64,000 bases of DNA, from IMG/VR virus record IMGVR_UViG_3300010397_000005, positions 1 through 64,000 of that record; one strand, given 5' to 3'. Shown here piece after piece: positions 10,039-18,574 of this stretch (the stretch's first letter is position 1; every line of letters begins with the position of its first letter). This DNA comes from a virus. Both the position numbers and the translations under genes were made by a program. The notes beneath the pieces are model-generated. The model was not told the origin of the DNA. It saw nothing but the letters and a program-made list of their open reading frames with translations, and searched no databases.

Positions 10039-12105
10039 TTGATTTATATGTCTATAACCAACAATCGTACAGGTATGAATTACACCAGCCTGCAACAAGC
10101 GATCAACGAAGCAGCAGGTGGAGACATCATCGCTCTCACTGCGGGCGTAGCGGTCATCGCCAACATCGTCTTGCCGAACAAGAACATCGACAAGGAGATC
10201 GTCATCCAGAGCGATCGGGCGAGTGAGTTGCCAGCGAGTGAGAGAATCAACCCCACGACACAAGGACAGTTACTCGCCAAGATTCAAGGCAGCGCGGCGG
10301 CTGAGCCTGTGATCAAAACCGCAGCAGGAGCGCACCACTACAGGTTCGTCGGCATTGAGATCTCCACCGTGAGCGAATCCACCATCGTCTACGATCTGGT
10401 CCGTCTCGGCGAGGGCAGGCAAGTCCAGAACACACTCGACTCAGTCCCGCACCACCTCTCATTCGATCGTTGCTGGATTCACGGCTTCGCAGTGCAGGAC
10501 GTGCAGCGCGGCATCTCCCTGCAATGCAGGGAGAGTGAGATAGCGAACTCCTACGTCTCCGATATCCACATGGTCGGAATCGAGGCGCAGGGAATCTGTG
10601 GCTGGAACGGGCCAGGGCCTTTCAGGATCGTCAACAACTACATCGAAGCCTCTACACAGGGGATCTTGTTTGGCGGAGCAGATCCATTCTCCGAGTCGTT
10701 CACTCCTTCGAACATCAGCATCCTGCGCAACCATGTATTCAAACCGTTGAGCTGGAAGGTGGACGATCCGTCTTACGCAGGCAAGCACTGGACCGTGAAG
10801 AACATCCTCGAACTGAAGAACGCAAAGAATGTGTTGATCGATGGCAACGTACTGGAAAATGTCTGGACCGACGGGCAGACTGGTATTCCGGTCCTATTCA
10901 CCGTGCGCAATCAGGAATGCTCGGCTCCTTACTCGACGATCAGGAACGTGATTTTCACGAATAACGTCGTGAAGAACGCCAATGGCGGATTGAACTTTCT
11001 CGGGAAAGACAACGAAGCAGATCCGGCCTTCGGCAAGTGTCCCGGAGCCGCCGGAGGCTCAGTACGCGGCTCGGATGCGTTGATTGCCAATAACCTGTTT
11101 TACGACATTCACGGTCCTTTCCTCACGATCAACGGCTTCGACAGTGTTACCCTCGACAGGAATACCCATGTCCAGCAAAGCAACTTGATGACGCTCTACG
11201 GCGAGCAGTCGAATGGATTCAGATATACCAATAACCTAACTATAGACCATGATTACGGCATCTTCGGCGACGGCGGCACGAGTGGCTCGGCAGCGTTTGC
11301 GAAGTTCACGCCGGGTGCGGTAGTAACTGGCAATACGATTGCTAAGCCTTACGACAAAGGTGCGTATCCGGCGGGGAACAATTACCCTGACACACTGGCA
11401 ATCCCGCCCGATTGGCGCAGCCCGATCGTGGGAGTCGGCGCAGATATCGATCAGCTACTGGCCGCGCAGGGAGTTACAGGTACGCCGCTACCCATCCCAG
11501 ATCCAGTCCCTACGCCAACTCCTACACCTGTTCCGCGACCAGCAGCGCTATACAAGCCGGGCGACACGATAAAACTCGACATGGACGGCGTATTCGTACG
11601 CAGTGGCCCATCTCTCTCACAGGGAGTAACAGGGACACAGTCAGCCAGTGTATTCGCAACAGTGAATAGTGAAGCCACGTGGGATGACACAGGCTCGAAG
11701 TATTTCTACAATCTCGACTTTGACTCGGGCGTTGACGGCTGGTGTCCCGAGGAGCATTTGGTTGCAGCAATGAGACCAGTGCCTACTCCGACGCCTGTGC
11801 CGACTCCCACACCCGTACCAATTCCACCGCTGCCCTGCACCATGCTCGTCAGCGTTGAGCCTCCTGTACTTGCTCAGTGGGGCACTGGAAAGCTCATAGT
11901 AAATATCTCCGGGCTGAGCGGGCCAGCAACTGTTCGGGTCACGGCGAGCACAGGACAGGTCAGCGTCAGCCCACTGTCGAAATCAGTTGCTCCCGGTGCG
12001 ACCAGCGCGATTGTCGAGTTTTCTCTGCAATCAAAGAAGAAGTCGAGTAGCGTGGTGGTGACTGGGCCGTGTGGGACGCAGACAGTGATGATCAACGTGC
12101 GCTGA
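10039..12105 (+). CDS. Right-handed beta-helix (pectin-lyase-like) protein with Pro-Thr linkers and an SH3b-like domain; possible depolymerase
   Basis: SLQQAINEA..GDII.L start, repeated I.NNYI/IDGNVLEN/FTNNVV coils, two PT linkers flanking VRSGPS...GVDGWC.E.HL. Confidence 0.72.
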   Translation: MIYMSITNNRTGMNYTSLQQAINEAAGGDIIALTAGVAVIANIVLPNKNIDKEIVIQSDRASELPASERINPTTQGQLLAKIQGSAAAEPVIKTAAGAHHYRFVGIEISTVSESTIVYDLVRLGEGRQVQNTLDSVPHHLSFDRCWIHGFAVQDVQRGISLQCRESEIANSYVSDIHMVGIEAQGICGWNGPGPFRIVNNYIEASTQGILFGGADPFSESFTPSNISILRNHVFKPLSWKVDDPSYAGKHWTVKNILELKNAKNVLIDGNVLENVWTDGQTGIPVLFTVRNQECSAPYSTIRNVIFTNNVVKNANGGLNFLGKDNEADPAFGKCPGAAGGSVRGSDALIANNLFYDIHGPFLTINGFDSVTLDRNTHVQQSNLMTLYGEQSNGFRYTNNLTIDHDYGIFGDGGTSGSAAFAKFTPGAVVTGNTIAKPYDKGAYPAGNNYPDTLAIPPDWRSPIVGVGADIDQLLAAQGVTGTPLPIPDPVPTPTPTPVPRPAALYKPGDTIKLDMDGVFVRSGPSLSQGVTGTQSASVFATVNSEATWDDTGSKYFYNLDFDSGVDGWCPEEHLVAAMRPVPTPTPVPTPTPVPIPPLPCTMLVSVEPPVLAQWGTGKLIVNISGLSGPATVRVTASTGQVSVSPLSKSVAPGATSAIVEFSLQSKKKSSSVVVTGPCGTQTVMINVR

Positions 12106-12189
12106 GCCGTACAAACGCAATAAACAGTGACTATTTCGTGAAACTTTGTTAACCTGCGTGAGACGGGAAACCTCGCCAAAGGAGAACGC

Positions 12190-12687
12190 ATGAATCGACG
12201 AACCTTGCTGAAAATTGGCGGACTGGCGGCGGTTGGCGCAATGACAGTGGGTATCACTGCCTGCGGCGAGAAGATCTCCTTCTATGTCTCAACTGTCATC
12301 GGCTCTCTCCAAACACTCTCGCCGCTCATCCCCAGTGCGTCGGGGCTGATTACGAAAGCAGTCGCCGCAGCTAAAGCATTCGACGCAGCTTATCGCGCCG
12401 GGAAGTTTGCGGACGCGACAGCTTCGTTCACGAGTCTCGGCGAACTCGCGCTACAGATCGCAGGAGTAGTGGGAGTCGCTAGCCCACCAATTCTCGTCGC
12501 GATCTCCGTAGGCCGCGTAGCCCTGAACGCAATCGCCCAGATTCTCAAGTCGCAAATGAAAGATCCGGTTATTGCGGGCATGGTCGCAGCGCGCAGCGAC
12601 CCGGCGGCACAACGACAGAAGGCGATGATCGAGAGGATGGCTGACGATAAGATGATTGAGATGATCGTAGCTGCTTCGAGACCGTAA
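12190..12687 (+). CDS. Predicted Tat-exported lipoprotein
   Basis: MNRRTLLK twin-arginine motif, hydrophobic core, lipobox ITAC; GGAG SD. Confidence 0.7.
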   Translation: MNRRTLLKIGGLAAVGAMTVGITACGEKISFYVSTVIGSLQTLSPLIPSASGLITKAVAAAKAFDAAYRAGKFADATASFTSLGELALQIAGVVGVASPPILVAISVGRVALNAIAQILKSQMKDPVIAGMVAARSDPAAQRQKAMIERMADDKMIEMIVAASRP

Positions 12688-12722
12688 TAGCAAACGAGCC
12701 GCCAACGATTAAGGATGAGTAC

Positions 12723-12863
12723 ATGATCGACGGCCTCTATCGCGTAACCACTTCCTATCTCTGCGCGGGGTTCGTGGTGGCAGGCGGTCGAGTTACGACG
12801 TGCGCACCGATACTAAGACGCAGGATTAGTTACTGGTACAGCATCGCGGAGAGGATCGCATGA
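12723..12863 (+). CDS. 46-aa hypothetical protein (not in ORF track)
   Basis: MIDGLYRVTTSYLCAGFVVAGGRVTTCAPILRRRISYWYSIAERIA; AAGGA upstream. Confidence 0.55.
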   Translation: MIDGLYRVTTSYLCAGFVVAGGRVTTCAPILRRRISYWYSIAERIA

Positions 12864-12880
12864 TCGGCAACTAACAGGAG

Positions 12881-13141
12881 ATGTGCATGGCCCTGGTTTT
12901 TAAGTTCGACCCTGAGCAACTGGACAGGCTGATCACGTCGATCAATAACCTCTCCGATAACCTCGCCAAGTGGCAAGGAGAGGAGATTCTCGCCATTGAA
13001 CAAGGCTTCGCTAACCTCGTCTCGACCCTCGGCGGCGACGTGAACGAAGAAGTACAACAACGCATCGACGCAATCGCCAATTCCGTTAAGTCGGTCAAGG
13101 ACAAATTGCAAACATCTGTAGATTCTCAAAAAGGAGACTGA
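12881..13141 (+). CDS. Small helical hypothetical protein
   Basis: AGGAG SD; amphipathic coiled-coil sequence. Confidence 0.65.
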   Translation: MCMALVFKFDPEQLDRLITSINNLSDNLAKWQGEEILAIEQGFANLVSTLGGDVNEEVQQRIDAIANSVKSVKDKLQTSVDSQKGD

Positions 13142-13146
13142 AACTA

Positions 13147-13389
13147 ATGCCCGCAGATTTCACGACACTCGACACCGAGGTGGGAGAATTGACTTCCGTA
13201 GCAGATTCCGCCGTCGCACTCATGGACGGCTTCGATCAACGATTGAAAGACGCAATTGCCGCTGACAACCTAAGCGACAACACGAATGTCGCGCGACTCT
13301 CTACTGAGTTCAGCGCGCAGAAGCAGAAGCTCGCGGACGCCGTGACGCGCAACACCCCCGCGGCCACCGAGCCACCTGCTGAAGGCTAA
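13147..13389 (+). CDS. Small coiled-coil phage protein
   Basis: AAGGAG SD; heptad pattern ending LADAVTRNTP. Confidence 0.7.
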   Translation: MPADFTTLDTEVGELTSVADSAVALMDGFDQRLKDAIAADNLSDNTNVARLSTEFSAQKQKLADAVTRNTPAATEPPAEG

Positions 13390-13415
13390 CGCTTAACAGC
13401 TTAACCATTGCCCAA

Positions 13416-13856
13416 ATGCCTGACGAGGAATCCCCCGACACGTCTTTGAACGAACCAACCACGACGGACGCGCTACTGGAAACGGCGGCGCGGCCATTCC
13501 TTAGTTATTCGTTCCTGTTCAAGTCGTGGATGAGATCGAGCGATGCGAAGATTATCTCAGACGGGGAAACGATGTTCGCGGTCAACGAGGAGGTTTGCGC
13601 CACCTTTGGTTATCACCCTTCCGAATTAATCGGCAAGTGTGTTGACATGCTGCTGCCGCAGACGTTGAGACCCAAACATAAAGGCTTTCGCGAGGGCTAC
13701 CGGGAGCATCCCATGAACAGGCCGATGGGAGCCAGCCGGACACTCAAGGGACTGCACAAGTCAGGGAGAGAATTCCCTGTAAAGATCGACCTGCTCTACA
13801 ATACCGACGTGAACGAAACGCTTATTGAGGCTACGATACGGAGAGTTGAAGGCTGA
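13416..13856 (+). CDS. Stand-alone PAS domain protein (FixL-like)
   Basis: VNEEVCATFGYHPSELIGKCVDMLLP...H...GLHKSGREFPV PAS/PAC signature. Confidence 0.85.
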   Translation: MPDEESPDTSLNEPTTTDALLETAARPFLSYSFLFKSWMRSSDAKIISDGETMFAVNEEVCATFGYHPSELIGKCVDMLLPQTLRPKHKGFREGYREHPMNRPMGASRTLKGLHKSGREFPVKIDLLYNTDVNETLIEATIRRVEG

Positions 13857-14314
13857 AAGAGCTGTTACCATACGTCGGATTAGTGGCGCTGGCGCTGTCG
13901 GTTATTAACACCCTTTACCAGCGCAAGAAAGACCAGCAAGGCGATTGGGGTAAGCAAATTAGTGACGCGGTTGCACCATTCAAGGGATTGCCGGAAGCGG
14001 TCAGTGAAATACGCGCTGAACTGCTGGTGCTAAAGAAGCAAGTAGAAGTGTTCTGGAAAGGGGTGAGTTTCTCGTCGGCACAAGCGCTGCATTCACCCCA
14101 TACTCAGGAACTGGACGAACTGCTGGAGAAGTTCCAGCGCGATGAGATTCAAAGTGAGAAAGATCTGGAGAAATTGAAGTCAATGCTACGCGAGGTGGTT
14201 GAGAGCGATCCCAGCCCGATACGCAAGAAGTACGCACTGGATATTCTTACTTTGATTCATGTCAGGTTTGAGATTGGCGGTGATTTGGTAGCTGCCATGC
14301 GAGGTTCGAGGTAG
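13853..14314 (+). CDS. Membrane-anchored helical protein (probable CTG start overlapping the PAS stop)
   Basis: CTGA overlap gives LKELLPYVGLVALALSVINTLYQRKK, an N-terminal TM helix followed by basic residues; in-frame stop just upstream. Confidence 0.65.
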   Translation: MKELLPYVGLVALALSVINTLYQRKKDQQGDWGKQISDAVAPFKGLPEAVSEIRAELLVLKKQVEVFWKGVSFSSAQALHSPHTQELDELLEKFQRDEIQSEKDLEKLKSMLREVVESDPSPIRKKYALDILTLIHVRFEIGGDLVAAMRGSR

Positions 14315-14427
14315 CCGGAATTTGGATAGACTCCCGCGATGAATTTCAACCGTGATACTAAACGGAACTTTCAGTGGTACACACTCACGCGTACTACGAT
14401 CTGATTAAAAGGGAGACGAGGAGAACA

Positions 14428-14577
14428 ATGTCAAGCAATCGCCCAGATGATAAACCGGTTGATACGCCGCCGAGTGGGAAGCCAGTGGAGCCACAGACAC
14501 CCAGCCCGCAGGGACCACCGCCGAGGCCCAGAGAAGGCGGCGACGTGCCGGGACCGGGTAAAGGTGGTGGAGGTTAA
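14428..14577 (+). CDS. Pro/Gly-rich microprotein
   Basis: GAGGAG SD before ATG 14428. Confidence 0.5.
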   Translation: MSSNRPDDKPVDTPPSGKPVEPQTPSPQGPPPRPREGGDVPGPGKGGGG

Positions 14578-14582
14578 GCCAC

Positions 14583-15020
14583 GTGTTCGAGGACGAGATA
14601 AAATCAGCTTATATCGTATTTCAAACGAAAAGTCTTGACGACGACCCGCACGTCCCGCGTCTAGTCAAGTGGCTGCTCCGGCGCATCTATCATCGCTACG
14701 GCTGGACCGCGATGGACCATGACGGGAAGTCGTACTGCAAGTGGGAATTTATCGGAATTTACGACACGGCAACAGGGGCTCGCTGGGCCGCGATGGTGCC
14801 GGGCGGGAGCTGGATGGAGTTACCGCTGAACGAATCCCTGCCCGAGGAGACCAGCCAGTTTCGCAATCACGACTTCCCGCGCTCGTCCGTCTCATCCGAA
14901 TATCGCAACCGTCAACTACCCTTCGTCACAGTGGCCCGGAAAGACTTCGAGGCACTGGACGAAAAGACTCTACAGACTCTCAACTGCGCTCACGGAAAGT
15001 GTGACCCACGAGTTGTATGA
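14583..15020 (+). CDS. Hypothetical protein
   Basis: GGAGG SD, 145 aa, tightly packed. Confidence 0.6.
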   Translation: MFEDEIKSAYIVFQTKSLDDDPHVPRLVKWLLRRIYHRYGWTAMDHDGKSYCKWEFIGIYDTATGARWAAMVPGGSWMELPLNESLPEETSQFRNHDFPRSSVSSEYRNRQLPFVTVARKDFEALDEKTLQTLNCAHGKCDPRVV

Positions 15021-15023
15021 GAT

Positions 15024-15494
15024 ATGCAGGATACCCTCACTACGCCAGCATGGCTCCAGACTGCTCTCGGGTGGCTAGCATCGTTTATTACAGGGGCCAC
15101 TATCTTCAAGCTGGTCGAGATTTGGCTCAATCGCAAGAAACCCGCCGCAGAACTCCATGTTACCCAAGCCACCGCTAACGAGATAACGGCCAGATCGAAC
15201 TGGACCGCCGGGGACGCCATTATGCGTATGATGACACGGCTGGACGAGGCGCAGACGACGATCGACAGGCTACGTAGTGAACGAGACGAGTGGGAGATGA
15301 AGGCGTTTGATTTACAAGTGGAATTGAAAGACTCGCGCACGGCCAATGGACTGCTGCTGTCACAAGCCAAGCTGGACAACTACTATATCCGCAAGCAGGC
15401 GGCGTTTATTGAAGCGCGGAGCTTGAAGGAGGAGTTTCTTAAGCTGGATGAAGTGAAGTGGAAGGAGCCTGCCAGCGGCGAGATTAATGAATAG
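15024..15494 (+). CDS. N-terminal TM plus coiled-coil protein (holin/spanin-like candidate)
   Basis: WLQTALGWLASFITGATIFKLVEIWLNRKK followed by a coiled coil; last gene of the late operon. Confidence 0.6.
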   Translation: MQDTLTTPAWLQTALGWLASFITGATIFKLVEIWLNRKKPAAELHVTQATANEITARSNWTAGDAIMRMMTRLDEAQTTIDRLRSERDEWEMKAFDLQVELKDSRTANGLLLSQAKLDNYYIRKQAAFIEARSLKEEFLKLDEVKWKEPASGEINE

Positions 15495-15524
15495 CAAAGA
15501 GAGACGCCTCATGCGACGCCTCTC
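15495..15524 (-). terminator. Intrinsic terminator between convergent genes
   Basis: Minus-strand GAGAGGCGTC-GCATGA-GGCGTCTCTC-TTTG (10-bp stem with G-U pairs). Confidence 0.55.
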
Positions 15525-15545
15525 CTTCTCTCTACCCACCTTCCT

Positions 15546-15791
15546 TCAATCATTATTCGGCGAACACCCGTTCGCTCTCACGCACATGGTCCACCACGTC
15601 TTCTCATCCAGTGCGCAATTCTCGGTACTGCCGCCGCCGGAGATGCAGGCGTTGTAGATCGAGGCTGACGCCTCCCCGCAGGTCCAGCGCACTTCGTTGC
15701 AGTCTTCGCAGTGCGCGGCAGGAGTGGTTGAAGTTAGTGATAAGCCAGCGATGGCGAGCAGCATGAACAGGGTTAGGATTAGTTTTCGCAT
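15546..15791 (-). CDS. Secreted Cys-rich small protein
   Basis: MRKLILTLFMLLAIAGLSL signal peptide, 7 Cys in the mature part, AAAGGA SD. Confidence 0.75.
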   Translation of the reverse strand: MRKLILTLFMLLAIAGLSLTSTTPAAHCEDCNEVRWTCGEASASIYNACISGGGSTENCALDEKTWWTMCVRANGCSPNND

Positions 15792-15933
15792 TTGAGTTTC
15801 CTTTCGTTTGTTGGATTGACCCGTGTGTCACCGCCTGAAGCGTCTCTCCTGCTCTCTTTCTCAATGTTGCTCCATACCCCAGCCAGATTGCCATTGGCTG
15901 AAAATCAGCAACTTTGTTAACTTGACTTTCCTT

Positions 15934-16554
15934 TCAACTCGTTCCTCCTTTCAAAGTTGAATTTGAATACTTCCCTGCTTGTTCGAAAGTGCTTGGTGAA
16001 GTAGTAGTAAGCGCGACTCGCCCCATAATTCCAGTGCCGGGAAACAGATCAACGACTTCGTCGCCGAGTTGGACGTTCAGCAGCTCAAGTATCCAACGAC
16101 AGACCGCCTCCGGTTTCGCGCCCGTCAGTCCCTTCCTGAGCGTGATCGGCTCCTTGATTGCAGGCGAGTCGATCTCAGTTATGAAGAAGTCCTTCGGCGT
16201 ATTTTGCTTCCCGTTGCGTTCAGGGGGATCGTGTCGATGACCGTTACTCGGGTTGCGTCCACCGTAGAAAATAACAGGCTCCCACATATACGCAGGCCGG
16301 ACACCCTTCTTGAACGCACCAAACGATTTCACCCACGCGCCTACTCGATGACCATCAGGACAGAAAGGTAGAATTGACTTTAGACTCGGAGTGCTGGCTG
16401 ACAGCGCCCAGCCATCAGGGAAATCTCGCTGAAGTCTCGTAATCAGCCGTGCGTGCGTATCCACGTCGTTCCAGCACAGACCGTCAGGGTGGGAGTGATC
16501 GTAGAGTGCGCAACAACCTAAATAAGGAGGATCTGCGTAAGCGAATCTCATCAC
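15934..16554 (-). CDS. Amino-DNA methyltransferase (N6A/N4C, beta-class order)
   Basis: N-terminal YADPPY (motif IV) and C-terminal VVDLFPGTG (motif I). Confidence 0.8.
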   Translation of the reverse strand: MMRFAYADPPYLGCCALYDHSHPDGLCWNDVDTHARLITRLQRDFPDGWALSASTPSLKSILPFCPDGHRVGAWVKSFGAFKKGVRPAYMWEPVIFYGGRNPSNGHRHDPPERNGKQNTPKDFFITEIDSPAIKEPITLRKGLTGAKPEAVCRWILELLNVQLGDEVVDLFPGTGIMGRVALTTTSPSTFEQAGKYSNSTLKGGTS

Positions 16555-16790
16555 TTCTCCTTCACGTAATCCGGCTGGGCGCGCTCGTACCAGTCCCGCA
16601 AACGTCGTTCTCGATCAAGCCGTCGTTCGCGGTTAGCTCGGCGTTCGTTTTCCGTCGCAGGTCGCGTACCCCACGAGGACGTACAGGCGCAGCCAGCGTA
16701 ACTCGCAATATCAGGATTCTGTTGGTGGAACGGACAGGTGTAGCGAGTGCTTATTGCTACGTAGCTGTCAGGGTCGTGAACGATTAGCAT
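16551..16790 (-). CDS. Hypothetical protein
   Basis: AAGGAG SD, overlapping junction. Confidence 0.55.
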   Translation of the reverse strand: MLIVHDPDSYVAISTRYTCPFHQQNPDIASYAGCACTSSWGTRPATENERRANRERRLDRERRLRDWYERAQPDYVKEK

Positions 16791-16953
16791 GGTTATTTCT
16801 CCTTTGCATGATTTGGCAGCGACTTATCCAGCACCGCATCCCGATCCAGTAATGGCGCTCCGGTGTCGTGGATGTTCGTGCGTGGTAGTCCTTCTCGCTC
16901 CGCATCAGACTGCCACGACTGGGGCTCGGGCTGAGGTTTATCGAGGGTGTCAG

Positions 16954-17250
16954 TCATTGTTCTCTAATGGCTGATGCGATCTTTCCAGCAACCTCGGCGT
17001 AGCTCGTGTAAGTGGACTGGGCCAAGCCGCCCACAAGATTGTCAGCCCGTGCCACATTTCTCGCATTTTCAAGCCACTCGTTTTCAACGGCGTCGGCAAT
17101 CTGCGCCGCCCGCTCATCACGATCACGGAGGGCTTTCTCGATGTCGGCCTGCATTCGTTCATACGTAATCACCAAGCCGATATCGGTTTTCCACTTAGAA
17201 GTAATCTCTTGCGCTACTTCTTTAGCCGTCTTACTCATCCCACCCTCCAC
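16954..17250 (-). CDS. Hypothetical protein
   Basis: Helical, in the minus-strand operon. Confidence 0.55.
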   Translation of the reverse strand: MEGGMSKTAKEVAQEITSKWKTDIGLVITYERMQADIEKALRDRDERAAQIADAVENEWLENARNVARADNLVGGLAQSTYTSYAEVAGKIASAIREQ

Positions 17251-17453
17251 ACTGGCCCAGCTTCTCCTCGCTCACCCCACACCACCCGGCTCGCCAGCTC
17301 CATCAGCCCGAGTACGCCTGTACGAAACTCCTGCAACTCGTCAAAGCGCCGTTCGAGCTGTGCGCCGCAGGTATCGCAAAAGTGGAGATACTCGGCGGGG
17401 GTGAAGTCGCAGCGGCACTCGGGGCAGAGAGGCATCAGTTGTCCTCGGGCCAT
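17235..17453 (-). CDS. Zn-ribbon hypothetical protein
   Basis: CPEC...CDTC. Confidence 0.55.
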   Translation of the reverse strand: MARGQLMPLCPECRCDFTPAEYLHFCDTCGAQLERRFDELQEFRTGVLGLMELASRVVWGERGEAGPVWRVG

Positions 17454-17719
17454 TCAACCTCAGCCCAGTGAGTTACGAGGTACTCGTCATCGGCTGTCAA
17501 ATATCCCTCACTGCCACGCTCGTAAACCTCACTATCATGTAAAGCCCACAACCACCCGTCCTCGCCGTCCACGCGACCACCTAAAGTTATCAAACGGCAA
17601 TGGTCGTACCCCTGCTCGTTAGGCTTGAAGATTACATGGACTACCTTATCCAACGGCGGCAGTAGTTCAGGGTGCGCGTCGTTGTCGGCTGGGTTGGGTT
17701 CAACTTTAATCCAATTCAT
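17435..17719 (-). CDS. DUF551-like phage protein
   Basis: MNWIKV...VTHW termini. Confidence 0.6.
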   Translation of the reverse strand: MNWIKVEPNPADNDAHPELLPPLDKVVHVIFKPNEQGYDHCRLITLGGRVDGEDGWLWALHDSEVYERGSEGYLTADDEYLVTHWAEVEWPEDN

Positions 17720-17837
17720 ATCAGTACCAAATCCCTGTACGAATTAAGGTCCACGTCCCCGCAGACGCACCTGTTCGAGTAATCCAGAAACACATGCGAC
17801 TTCTTCCCGTCCTCGCGCACCACACAGCGCAACTCCG

Positions 17838-18182
17838 CTATTCGATCAGCAGTCCACTGCTCGTCAGGTTGCGTGTATCCGGTCTGGTCCAGACTCGATC
17901 TGCCACTTTCCACCCCTCCAGCACCTTCACGGTCAACGTCTGCGCTTCCCATCGTGCCTCCTGTACCGCTACCGGGTGCGGATAGCCCTCGATCTCCGCA
18001 ACCACTACTAACCCCGCTTTCCACGCCTTGCGAATCGTCGCTGGGCCAAACTTGTCCGGCCAGCTTGAACTCCCCGGCGTGACGTTGCGACGATGGTCAA
18101 AGTCGTAGTGGACCACCTCCGGCGCTGTGTCATCGAAGTCCTGCGGTCCTTGACGTTGTTGCCAGTTCAACCTGCGCGTCAC
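17838..18182 (-). CDS. Hypothetical protein
   Basis: GTGA overlap with the upstream gene. Confidence 0.55.
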   Translation of the reverse strand: MTRRLNWQQRQGPQDFDDTAPEVVHYDFDHRRNVTPGSSSWPDKFGPATIRKAWKAGLVVVAEIEGYPHPVAVQEARWEAQTLTVKVLEGWKVADRVWTRPDTRNLTSSGLLIE

Positions 18183-18574
18183 GGGATCACCTTCGATTCA
18201 AGATCGTCCACATCGGATTCCAGATCCTCGATCAGTTCAGCCAAGTCCTCAGCTAGTGACTCATTCAATGGACCATCTCCGGCTACTTCGCCCACCAGCT
18301 TCACGTGATACGCCTTCAGCGCCACCAGCCGCTTGACCAGCTCGCTATGAACGCCTAGTACTTCACCGGCATCAACCTCAAGCTTATCGCTCTCGTGATC
18401 GCCGTGGTCCTCGCATACCGAGCATATCAGACACCGATCGTCCCGCTCGTCTAACTCATCAACACACCGCTCCAGCGCCACCGCTAACTGCGACTCACGA
18501 CTGTCGCTACCAAACGTCGCAATCACAGCATCGTTCGCCAGTTGCTTGAGGCGAGTTCTCTCTGCTTTATCCAA
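18179..18574 (-). CDS. Hypothetical coiled-coil protein
   Basis: GGAGG SD, tight packing. Confidence 0.6.
   Translation of the reverse strand: MDKAERTRLKQLANDAVIATFGSDSRESQLAVALERCVDELDERDDRCLICSVCEDHGDHESDKLEVDAGEVLGVHSELVKRLVALKAYHVKLVGEVAGDGPLNESLAEDLAELIEDLESDVDDLESKVIP

Noticed and set aside
1006-12257. Long antisense and alternate-frame ORFs (e.g. 1945-2775) over the structural genes
   Set aside because: Shadows of GC-rich coding sequence, with no SD or recognisable motifs.
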